Positions 27,300 through 39,110 of a stretch of 64,000 bases of DNA are shown piece by piece. The DNA is taken from assembly GCA_951406725.2 (NCBI GenBank), contig OX597835.1, forward strand, positions 13,206,001-13,270,000, in the 5' to 3' direction. The DNA is from Octopus vulgaris. Its lineage: Eukaryota. Under the pieces are notes generated by a model. That model worked only from the letters and a program-made list of their open reading frames with translations. It was not told the origin of the DNA and made no database searches. A program made the translations under genes and the position numbers. Position 1 is the first letter of the stretch. Each line of letters opens with the position of its first letter.

Positions 27300-27511
27300 G
27301 GAGTAAACACATAAATGTGAAACAAGGTGGAAAAAAGAGTACTCAAATACCAGTGGTAGAGTAATATGCTTTATTTAAAGCAGCAGAAAATTCAACAAAA
27401 CCTGTTACTCTGAGTTTCCTGTTTTCGTTCGTCGGACAGTTTTTCCGACGAACGGAAATGGAAAACTCAGAGTAACAGGTTTTGTTGAATTTTCTGCTGC
27501 TTTAAATAAAG
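27300..27511. mobile_element. Penelope-like relic forming a palindrome (27369-27511) with two opposed hammerhead-like folds
   Basis: Arms ctttatttaaagcagcagaaaattcaacaaaacctgttactctgagttt; core CCGACGA...GAAA ctc a gag TA; same family at 61118-61288. Confidence 0.62.
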
Positions 27512-27523
27512 TATATATATATA

Positions 27524-27728
27524 TCATCATCATCATTATCGTTTAACGTCCGTTCTCCATGCTAGCATGGGTTGGACGGTTCGACCGGGGATCTGGGAAG
27601 CCAGAAGGCTGCAACAGGCTCCAGTCTGATCTGGCAGTGTTTCTACAGCTGGATGCCCTTCCTAACGCCAACCACTCTGTGAATGTAGTGGGTGCTTTTT
27701 ACGTACCACCTGCACAGTTGCCAGGCAT
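27524..27728 (-). mobile_element. RTE family E 3' UTR copy
   Basis: Same motifs as 23237-23586. Confidence 0.85.
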
Positions 27729-28284
27729 ATATATACATATATGTATGCAGTAGGCTTCTTCCAGTTTTGGTCTAGCGAATTCACTCATTTGACTTTCGGT
27801 AGCCTAGGGCTACCGTAGAGGGCACTTGCGCAATATGTCGCACAGTGGGACTGAACCCTGATTCACGTGGTTGAGAATCTGACTTCTAACCACCCAGCCA
27901 TGCCTGTACCTATATGAAATACCCTGAAAGTAAAACAGATAAACGGAGATAAAGTCCCATAAATTTTCATAAAGCTTTCTGGTTTCAAAACATTTTAATT
28001 TGAACTGTGAAATAAAATTGTCAGTTAAGCAAAACATCCAATATTTTTCTACTGTTAATTATGGAGCATGATCTTTTGGGGGTATTTTGGGGGGTTTTTT
28101 TACATTTGTTTTTTTATCCTCTTCAATTTATATTTTGCTGTTTATTTGTTTTTTTTTGTTTTTTTTTTCCTTTTGATTTTCATGCTTCAAACTTTGTGGA
28201 AGTTTGTTTTCCTTTCTCATAAATTCGTATACATGCACACAGCTGTGTACATGCCACTCATATAAACAAATACTCACATACACA

Positions 28285-29740
<1,456 letters not shown>

Positions 29741-30295
29741 CAATCATCTCCTGCTTTCTCTATGGATATAGAAATACAACCAAAAAAAAAAAACAAGAAC
29801 AAACTCGAACCCAACCCAGCCAGAATTTCCTGCAAATTGTTCCTTCCCCAAAACTGTATTATGTTTATTGCCGTTTTAACAGAGATTGCTGTTTCACTTG
29901 TGTCAGCTTTATTGCAGTTAGAAACATTATGCAAATGTACATGCATGTGCATGTGTGTGCATATGTGTGTCTGAGAGAGCCTCTGTGTGAATTGTGTGTG
30001 AATTGTGTGTGTGTGTGTGTGTGGTGTAATTTTACTAATTTCATTTCTCCTATAAACTCAGTTAAATGTCAGATGATATGAGCATTAAGAATGATCGACA
30101 TCATTGTCGTCGTTGTCGTTGTTGTTATTGTTGTTGTCGTCATTATCATCATCATCACTATAATTGGTAATGCCACTGCCATCATCATCATCATCATCAT
30201 CATCATGTCTGTTTTACGGCACCAATTTGGGAATAGACAGGTGATCATTACGGAATAACATGTACGTTGCCTGGATGTATATGTATCCATTTGTA

Positions 30296-30657
30296 CACGA
30301 GGGGTTGCTGAAAAGTTCCTGGCTTTAAGGGTCTCGCAAAAGGCCTGGTTGGGGGCCCCAAACTTCCGAGTTCTTTTACAGCGCTTAGGAAACTTAAAGG
30401 ACTGCTGCAATAAGTGATTACCCTGATGTAATCTCCACGGATACAGGCATCCAGCAACAAGACCTCCGTAATGCCATGATGGACCGTGAAGTCTGGCATA
30501 GCATGGTAAATTCCATTGTCTCGACCACGGTCGAACAATGGTGATGATGATGATGATGTGTGAAACTGAGATGGGAATATGTTGGATAAAATCATAATTA
30601 AGTGACCCTCCTGTATTTTCTTTTACCCAAAGCTAGGAACCCTTCGGCACCCCCTCA
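30296..30657 (+). mobile_element. Mariner-type MITE interrupted by an RTE fragment
   Basis: TIRs cgaggggttgctgaaaagttcctggcttt / aaagctaggaacccttcggcacccctca; uninterrupted relative at 57713-57929. Confidence 0.75.
30417..30558 (+). mobile_element. RTE-clade LINE 3' end (second family) with (GAT)n tail
   Basis: 30419-30544 reads YPDVISTDTGIQQQDLRNAMMDREVWHSMVNSIVSTTVEQW* (AMxDRxxW motif). Confidence 0.75.
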
Positions 30658-30876
30658 TTATGTATGTAGTATGTATCTGAGTGCATATATCATCATCGTT
30701 TAACATCCGCTTTCCATGCTAGCATGGGTTGGATGACCGGTTCAGCTGGGGTCGAGATACCACCATGCTGAAAATAGCAGCCATGATCTGACTATAAAAC
30801 CACCTTAATTGTCCATATATCAACACGGAGAGAAAACAAAGAGACAAGATGAAACTAGTAAAAAAATGACTGGATA

Positions 30877-30935
30877 ATTTTAGATCCCGGATTTCTGACT
30901 TTGCATTTGGGAATGCTTTGCCTCATCAGTAGAAT
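30877..30935 (-). ncRNA. Minimal type I hammerhead ribozyme-like motif in a Penelope-like relic
   Basis: Minus strand: attcta CUGAUGA ggc-aaa-gcatt-ccca-aatgc-aaa-guc a GAAA ucc g gga UC uaaaau. Confidence 0.6.
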
Positions 30936-31401
30936 ACAGTAGAATACAGAAGAGAAACATAAATACATATATATATAAGCACAACATATGAATACTTACA
31001 TATACAAACGTATACCTACATATATATGCACATATGCATCACGGCCAGTTCAAAATGCCCGCCGTTTAGTTCCATGTGAGATATGGTCAAAATATCACCG
31101 CAGTAAATACAGTGATGAAATAAATTTAAATTTATATAAATAAATAAGGATGAGATCGTTAATTTAAAAATAAAATAACGATTTTATCAAGTGGTCAGCA
31201 TAGAAAAAGTAACCTTCAAAGGTAATAATTATAACAATAGAGAATATGGAAACTGGTACATCCCATCAGAGGTATTTACTGTGTGAATGACAACTCCTAC
31301 TAGTTAAATACTAATTGATGGGGTTAGTCCTAACCTGGAACATAACAGAGCTACCAAAGTATCCACCCAGATAATATATCCCTCTAAACTGATATATACA
31401 T

Positions 31402-31710
31402 GTAAACAGCACCATCCAAACATGGTCAATGCCAGTGGCCCCTGACTTGCTCCTGTGCCAGTGGCACATAAAATGCACCATCCTAACATGGTCAGTGCCA
31501 GTTCCCCCTGACTGGCTCCTATGCTGGTGGCATGTAAAAAGCACCCACTACCCTCTTGGAGTGGTTAGCGTTAAGAAGGACATCCAGCTGTAGAAACCTT
31601 GCCAGATCAGATTGGAGCCTGGTGCAGTCTCCTGGCTTGCCAGTCCTCAGTCAAATCGTCCAACCCATGCCAGCATGGAAAACAGACATTAAACGATGAT
31701 GATGATGATA
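31402..31710 (+). mobile_element. RTE family E 3' UTR copy
   Basis: Internal ~60-bp repeats, gaaggacatccagctgtagaaacc, (gat)n tail. Confidence 0.8.
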
Positions 31711-32056
31711 TGTACATAAATAAATATATATATATATGTGTGTGTGTGTGTATATATGTATGTATATGTATGTATGTATATATATATATATATATATGAT
31801 ATATATATGTGAATAAATGAAAGATTTAATGTCTTCGAAACATATGTCGAGAGTAAAGGAATTTTGTTAACATCTTCGTTCGACTCCATTCTTTTATTTA
31901 TTCATATATAACACACAAATTTCTGCACATGAACCCAGAGTTTCTACCCTTGACAGGTCGCTTCAACCGTGTTTCTGACGTGAATTTGCTACCCAGGTTT
32001 CGGTTAAACGAATTTTCTATGCTGACGATAAACATGGGATAATTCATTCACCTACT

Positions 32057-32092
<36 letters not shown>

Positions 32093-32951
32093 GAGAGAGA
32101 GAGAGAGAGATACTGAGAGGGAGATAGATATACTCTATGTTATATCATGCCATACTATGTAATACTACACTGCTGTACAGTTAGTCTGTTGAGAAAATGT
32201 TCTCTTCTGTCTTGGGAGATATTTTAAACCTATTTATAAATGATTGAATACAGTCTCTGACCATTTTCACCCTCTTTTAAAAGTTTCATTTCAATAACAC
32301 TAGACACATTGCGCCTAAAGCCTTCCTTTACCGTTTCAGTTTCCACCGAGAACCGTTTATAGCGCTGCTTTGATGTTTTTGTTTCTTCTGTTATTTTCTG
32401 TCAGTAGCAGAGATCCAGTCTCGAATTCCTTCAGGCCATCATGTTGTTCCTCTTCTCATCAAAGCCTTCTCATGCTGTTTCTTGATTTTTTTTTTTGTGT
32501 GTGTGTGCATGTGTGTATGTGTGTTTTCTTAATTTTATTTTTGCCCTCAACTTTATAAATGGTCTGTGGTTTCTTTTGACCTCACTGAGGTTACTGTTTC
32601 ATTCGAATCAATACAAGTTGGTGGTTAAAATTCACGAAATGCCGTCTTATAACTGAACCGAAAAATAGTCATTGGAACCATTATTGTTGGCCTAATTTGA
32701 CCAGACTCGTTTGCCTTGCTGTACGTGACTGGATAATGGTGGCTAACAAGCAAACTCGTTAGTGTCGGAGTGAATGCTTTGCAGTGTTTGTTCTGATCTC
32801 CTCTGCTCAGAGTTCAACCCATGTTGAAGTCAGTTTGGCCTTTCATCAATAACATACCAGTTATGTACTGGAGTCAATGGTAACCAACTAGGTACCTCCC
32901 GAAAAAAACTGTCAGCCTTATGTCTTAATTAGAAGCAAATTCTTCAAGATA

Positions 32952-33372
32952 GGCGCAGGAGTGGCTGTGTGGTAAGTAGCTTGTTTACCAACCACATGGT
33001 TCTGGGTTCAGTCCCACTGCGTGGCACCTTGGGCAAGTGTCTTCTACTATAGCCTCAGGCCGACCAAAGCCTTGTGAGTGGATTTGGTAGACGGAAACTG
33101 AAAGAAGCCCGTCGTATGTATGTATATATATATATATATATGCGTGTGTGTGTTTGTGTGTCTGTGTTTGTCCCCCTAGCATTGCTTGACAACCGATGCT
33201 GGTGTGTTTACGTCCCCGTTACTTAGCGGTTTCAGCAAAAGAGACCGATAGAATAAGTACTGGGCTTACAAAAGAATAAGTCCCGGGGTCGAGTTGCTCG
33301 ACTAAAGGCGGTGCTCCAGCATGGCCGCAGTCAAATGACTGAAACTAATAAAAGAGTAAAAGAGTAAAGAGT
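32952..33372 (+). mobile_element. SINE family A, full length
   Basis: ggcgcaggagtggctgtgtggtaag (A box) ... gggttcagtccc (B box), internal (TA)/(TG) tract, (taaaagag)n tail. Confidence 0.93.
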
Positions 33373-33524
33373 ATACCCATTTGGATTAGTTGTTTGAGCA
33401 TTGGATGAATTGTTTTGTGGTAATTGTTCCAGTTCTCTTGTGTTCAAATTCCACCAAGGTCAACTTTACCTTCTGTCTGTTTCAAGGGCAATACATTAAG
33501 TACAAGTGCTGTACTGAGGTCTAT

Positions 33525-33853
33525 TCTCTTTCGCTCTTTTACTTGTTTCAGTCATGTGATCCGTCATGTGACTGTGGCCATGCTGGAGCACCGCCTTTAG
33601 TCAAGCAAATCGACCCCAGGACTTATTCTTTGTAAGCCTAGTAGTTATTCTGTTGGTCTCTTTTGCCGAACTGCTAAGTTACGGGGACGTAAACACACCA
33701 TTATCAGTTGTCAAGCGATATTGGAGGGACAAACACAGTCACACAAACTCACACACACATATATATACATATATACGACAGGCTTCTTTCAGTTTCCGTT
33801 TACCAAATCCACTCACAAGGTTTTGGTGGGCCCCGAGGCTATAGCAGAAGACA
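33525..33853 (-). mobile_element. SINE family A lacking its head; degenerate family B pieces on both sides
   Basis: Matches the family A 3' two-thirds. Confidence 0.85.
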
Positions 33854-35277
33854 AGGCCAGCAATTTTGGGGTGTGGAGATAAGTTGGTCACATTAACCCC
33901 AGTACATGACTGGTACTTATTTTATCGACCCTGAAAGAGGGAAAGGTAAAGTTGACCCCGGCAGCATTGGAACTCAGAACGTAGAGTCAGAAGAAGTGCC
34001 GCTTGGGTTTTTTTTTTTCGTCCAGCACAGTAACAGTTCTTCCAGTTCCTGTTTGCCACCTTGTGGTATGAAAATATTATGAAACTAAGCTTGAGAATTC
34101 ATTATCTCTACAGGGAAATTGTTGGCGGTAATTGTAACCGGGGATTAATAACGAACTTGACCCTTCATCTGACATGCTACAATTTTGTTTCTATTTCTTG
34201 TTTTTTTTTTGCGATCTATTTCTTTTTTTTTTTCTGATTTATTTCTTATTTTCTTGTTCCCCCCCTCCCCCTGCTACATGCCCTGCCAATCAAAGCTAGT
34301 TTTTTTTTTTTTTTTTTTTAAGGAAAGCCACTGATATGAAAAAGGAGAAATAACAAGGTTTTTTCGGTGTTGTTTTTTTTTTACGGGTTTTCTTCTTTTT
34401 TTTTTTCGTGCTTTACCCAATTATAAGAAACACGTATTGTTATTTCCTTACAGGGAAATATATTTCCTCTTTCATTTCGTTACTAGCAACATTTCACAAA
34501 GCATCGGCCTTTTCTCAATCCCTAATGAAAGGACACCTTTTGTTTGGGCTTTTTTTTTGTTATTTTCTTAAACATAACCACCACCGCTACCACTACCACC
34601 ACTACCACCGGCGCCACCACCAAGAATGTGGACATTTATTACAAATGAAAAGAAGATACAAATTGAAATTCTTTAACGAAATGGTAAAGCATAATGGCTG
34701 CAATGCTTTTAATGGATTAGACTTTTGCAGCTAGATGTGCATATATATCTGTTAGATGTGCATACGTATGTTAAATGTGCATATACCTGTTAGATGTGTA
34801 TGCATCTAATCTTACTCCGGATGTATATATTGGGCGCAGGTTAACAAGCAGAAAAAGAAAAACAAAAAGAAAGCAAAAAAAAAAGAAGAAAAAAAAGAAA
34901 AAAGGAAGACTGCTGCTGCCGAACTGGCTTTGGTATCCAGTGCCAACATTGCAAAGCGGATTAATATATTTATTTATCGATGAAAATAATCAAGTGTTTC
35001 AATTACTTGTGACATTTCTGCTGTAAGTAATTTCTTAACACACTTGTCTAACTCTTTTACCAAATCTGTGGCATTTATAAAATTTTATTTCAAGTGATTT
35101 CTCTCTTCTTATAGACTCCTTTACTGGCAATGGTTATGGAATGAGGGGGGGGGCGGAAGAAAAAAAATAACTATAAATAAACATTAATGTTTGATTTCAT
35201 TTTCGCTAAGCATTGTGCTAGCTTTCATAGAAAAACCGACGCCATTGATATAACTGTTCTTTGTCCTACCTGCAGTA

Positions 35278-35319
35278 TCATCATCATCATCATCATCATC
35301 GTCATCATCATCATCATCG

Positions 35320-35350
<31 letters not shown>

Positions 35351-35545
35351 TATTTAATGTCGATTTTTCCATGCTGGCATGAGTTACATGGCTTGATAGT
35401 AACTGGCAAGGCCAAGGGCCGTACCCGGTTCCATAGTCTGTTTCGCCATGGTTTCTACAACTGGATGCCCTTCCTAATGCCAACCATTTTACAAAGTGGA
35501 CTGGGTGCTTTCTATGTGGCACCAGCATCAACACCAATGCTTTTG
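35278..35545 (-). mobile_element. RTE family E 3' end, diverged, long (cat)n tail
   Basis: ctggatgcccttcctaatgccaacca motif. Confidence 0.75.
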
Positions 35546-35963
35546 ACGTAAGCACCTTGGTTTTCAAAAGAAATCCGAGACAGTTTCACCTTTTCAAGAA
35601 ATCTTATATTTAATCATTCCATTTTCCTGTTTACCATTTTATAATGTTTTATTTATATTTGTTTTTCCTTTCATTATTCTTCGTGTTTTTATATAAAATG
35701 TTTCACAGAGAGCTACAACAGACTAACAGTTGGAAGGCAATGATCCATTAGCTAACAGGATGGTATCTTCATTGTATGATACTTGTGGCCAAGACATCAA
35801 CCTTTCAATGGCTAAATCCACATAGCTCGAATTTGTTGTTGTTTAACCCCACCACAACAAACCAATCCTGATTAATGGCATTCCTACCAGGACTATTTTC
35901 TGTTCTAGGTGTATCTAGGACTACATTATTTTTTGTCTTTTTTCTAAATTGAAGACTATAGAT

Positions 35964-36210
35964 CAGGGGTTCTCAACAAGGGTTCATATGACCTTTAGGG
36001 TCCCATATAAGATTTTGCTGTTAAAATTTATCTGCAATAAATTACTTATCGTTCTACCATACACAAAATATTTTAACAATTTTTTTTTATGCAATTCCTA
36101 ATAATATTCAGTTATAGAAATGTAATAGGATTTTTAAAACATTGAATGGTTCTAAGGGTCCACCTGAATAAAATACAGACCAAAAGTTAAAAAATGGTTA
36201 AGAAACACTG
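35964..36210. mobile_element. hAT (Charlie-like) MITE
   Basis: TIRs caggggttctcaac / gttaagaaacactg; degenerate 8-bp flanks ctatagat / ctgtaaac. Confidence 0.65.
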
Positions 36211-36299
36211 CTGTAAACCAGAGACCGTTCTTTGCTGGGAATCTGTGTATATTGAAACCTCATTCATGTGTATTAGAGCTGAAGGATCTCAACACTATA

Positions 36300-36342
<43 letters not shown>

Positions 36343-36370
36343 ATATATCTATATATCTATATATATATAT

Positions 36371-36573
36371 AATGGTTGTATACTGTCAATTTAACGTGTC
36401 AGTAGGGGATTACACCACCGCTGTTTAGCCCTAGGAAGCATTGACGCTTCCTAATGGCTTCAACACATTTTTTCCTGTGTCGAAGCCATCAGGAAGCGTC
36501 GATGCTAACCTAGGGCTAAACAGCGGTGGTGTAATCCCCTACAGTCACATTAAGTTGACAGTATACAACCATT
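36371..36573. repeat. Palindrome with ~97-bp arms abutting (TA)n
   Basis: aatggttgtatactgtcaa...cttcaacaca / tgtgtcgaag...ttgacagtatacaaccatt. Confidence 0.92.
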
Positions 36574-36645
36574 CTATCGCCCCACCACCGTACATATCTC
36601 TATGAGAGATTTAGAAATTTAATATTTCTGATATATATATATATG

Positions 36646-36860
36646 TTCGCCAGCCTCGTCTGGCACCTGTGTCGGTGGCACATAAAATCACCCACTACAC
36701 TCTCGGAGTGGTTGGCGTTAGGAAGGGCATCCAGCTGTAGAAACACTGCCAGATCTGACTGGCCTGGTGCAGCCTTCGGGCTCCCCAGACCCCAGTTGAA
36801 CCGTCCAACCCATGCTAGCATGGAAAGCGGACGTTAAATGATGATGATGATGATGATGAT
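36646..36860 (+). mobile_element. RTE family E 3' UTR copy
   Basis: Same motifs and (gat)n tail. Confidence 0.85.
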
Positions 36861-36879
36861 ATATATCCACACATATATA

Positions 36880-37119
36880 CAATGTGGCCCAAAAGTAGGT
36901 TTACAGTTATCATGTAGGCACTTTAAATTTCTTTTAAAACGTTTTATTACATTTGAATTTCTATCTTACAACCTGAAAAGGGAGCTTGACAAAATTAACT
37001 AAAATTAACATAGAATAATGGTTTCATATTTTTTTTTATATAATTAAGATCTAAACTGTTAATATATGAAAGCGAAAGAGATAATTGAATGACTGAAAAC
37101 CTACTTTTGGGCCACCCTC
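36880..37119. mobile_element. Tc1/mariner-superfamily MITE
   Basis: TIRs gtggcccaaaagtaggttt / aaacctacttttgggccac with TA flanks. Confidence 0.7.
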
Positions 37120-37211
37120 TATTATATATATATATAAATAATATATATATATAATAGAAATATTAAAATTACTAAGTCTCTCTAAAAGAGATTACGACAG
37201 CGTTACTGGAA

Positions 37212-37371
37212 ATTAATTGTTATCGCCATATTAATATGGCAATCTTATAGATATAAGACTAAAAGTTTGTGTGTCATATAGCTATCTTAAGGCGATGGCC
37301 TCATGGAGCTAATCAGCGACAGCTTTTAGTCTTATATCTATAAGACTGCCATATTAATATGGCGATAACAA

Positions 37372-37376
<5 letters not shown>
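37212..37376. repeat. Inverted repeat with ~53-bp arms and ~57-nt spacer in (TA)n
   Basis: attaattgttatcgccatattaatatggca.tcttatagatataagactaaaag and its reverse complement. Confidence 0.9.
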
Positions 37377-37423
<47 letters not shown>

Positions 37424-37516
37424 TATATACATATGTATGTGTACATATTTACATCTATATATATATATATATATATATATAGATAAGAAAGTTTGTTTGG
37501 TAAAGCACGTGGGTGA

Positions 37517-37803
37517 ATATATAAGAAAATAGTAAAGTGTGAAAAAACGACAGAAGGCTTAAATGTTAAAAAATATATATATTTGTGTCAAAATGTCTGG
37601 AGAATATTGGAAAAATTTTTTTTTTTTTTCCTTTCCTTAAAATGACATAATTTTAAAATAAAAATTTTAAAATTATGTCATTTTAAGGAAAGGAAAAAAA
37701 AAAAAAAAAAAAATTTTTCCAATATTCTCCAGACATTTTGACACAAATATATATATTTTTTAACATTTAAGCCTTCTGTCGTTTTTTCACACTTTACTAT
37801 TTT

Positions 37804-37810
<7 letters not shown>
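37517..37810. repeat. Palindrome with ~140-bp arms and ~4-nt loop, abutting (TA)n
   Basis: ataagaaaatagtaaagtgtgaaaaaacgacag... mirrored; centre at ~37660. Confidence 0.93.
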
Positions 37811-37837
<27 letters not shown>

Positions 37838-38280
37838 TATGTGGGCACAGGATGTTGTGAAATGTGTACAACAAAAAAATACAAAGTATGAGTACATGGA
37901 ATATGAACTATTTTTTCGAACAATGAAAGACACAAATAGAAAATGAGACAAACGACATAAAGAACGACCCTTCGTCAGTTGTTGGCTGTTTTTCTACTCT
38001 TGTATTTCAAGCATTTAACAACAATATGTGCTTTCAATATCTATCTATACACACACACACACACACATATATAAGGCAGGGGAAACAAGCACCAAGAAAC
38101 ACACACATACGTGAATATATTATCATCATCATTTAATGGAAAACAGATGTTAAATGATGATGTATATGTATGTTTGTGTTTCCCCCCTTCCCATTGCTTG
38201 ACACCTGTGTTGGTTTATTTATGGTCCTATAACTTAGCAGTTCAGCAAAAGAGATCAATAGAATAAATACCAGACTTTAA

Positions 38281-38500
38281 CCCTTTAGTGTTCAGATTAT
38301 TCTATCAAACATAATGCTTATTGATTTCCCATTGATTTGACTTAATCATGCATTATCTCATATCTTCAAGATCTTGATGGTGTAATTACCTAATGTAGAA
38401 TAACATTGTAGGGTAGGTGTGAGGGCCTGGATCTGGTCAGTTTGAACATAAAACAGATTAGCTATTTTGGCCAGATATGGCCGGTTTAAATACTAAAGGG
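38281..38500 (+). mobile_element. piggyBac-like MITE inserted in a family A SINE
   Basis: TTAA|ccctttagt ... actaaaggg|TTAA. Confidence 0.8.
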
Positions 38501-39110
38501 TTAAAAACAGAAACAAAAAAAAAAATTCTTAATTCCTGGGGTTGATTTGTGCGATTAAACTCCTCAAAGTGATGCCCCAGCATGGGCTGCAGCCCAATGA
38601 CTGAAACAAGGAAACAAAAAGAAAAAATAAAGAAAAGAAAGAAAGAAAGAAAGAAAGAAGGAAAGAAAGCACACTAAGCTTGTGACAAGTGATTGGCATG
38701 TGTTTTGTCAATGATGTAAAGGAACGGCAGACAGCATTAAACTGTGTAAGGAACCGAGATTAATTGTTGTTAACAAGATTGTAAGTTTTCAGTTGATTTA
38801 ACCACATCTGACCGAAACACACTTTGTCCATTCGCTATTTCCACGTCCACTGCTACTACAGCAGTCTTTTCACTCTTCCTGTTGCATCTTTTCTTACGAC
38901 AAGTGGCTTTCTTCTGTGGAGTTAAAACAGTTACAAACCACTTCAGCCTTTATAACAGCTGTCATGTGGTTGCTTGCTGCTTGTTGCTTGTTGCTTGAAT
39001 CAGGCCAGTCAGTGATAATGTGTTTCAAACATCTGAGATTCCACTGTCGAAGTGGATGGCTTTATTATCATTGTGGTTATGGTATTTGGCTCGCAATCAT
39101 AAGTATTTAG

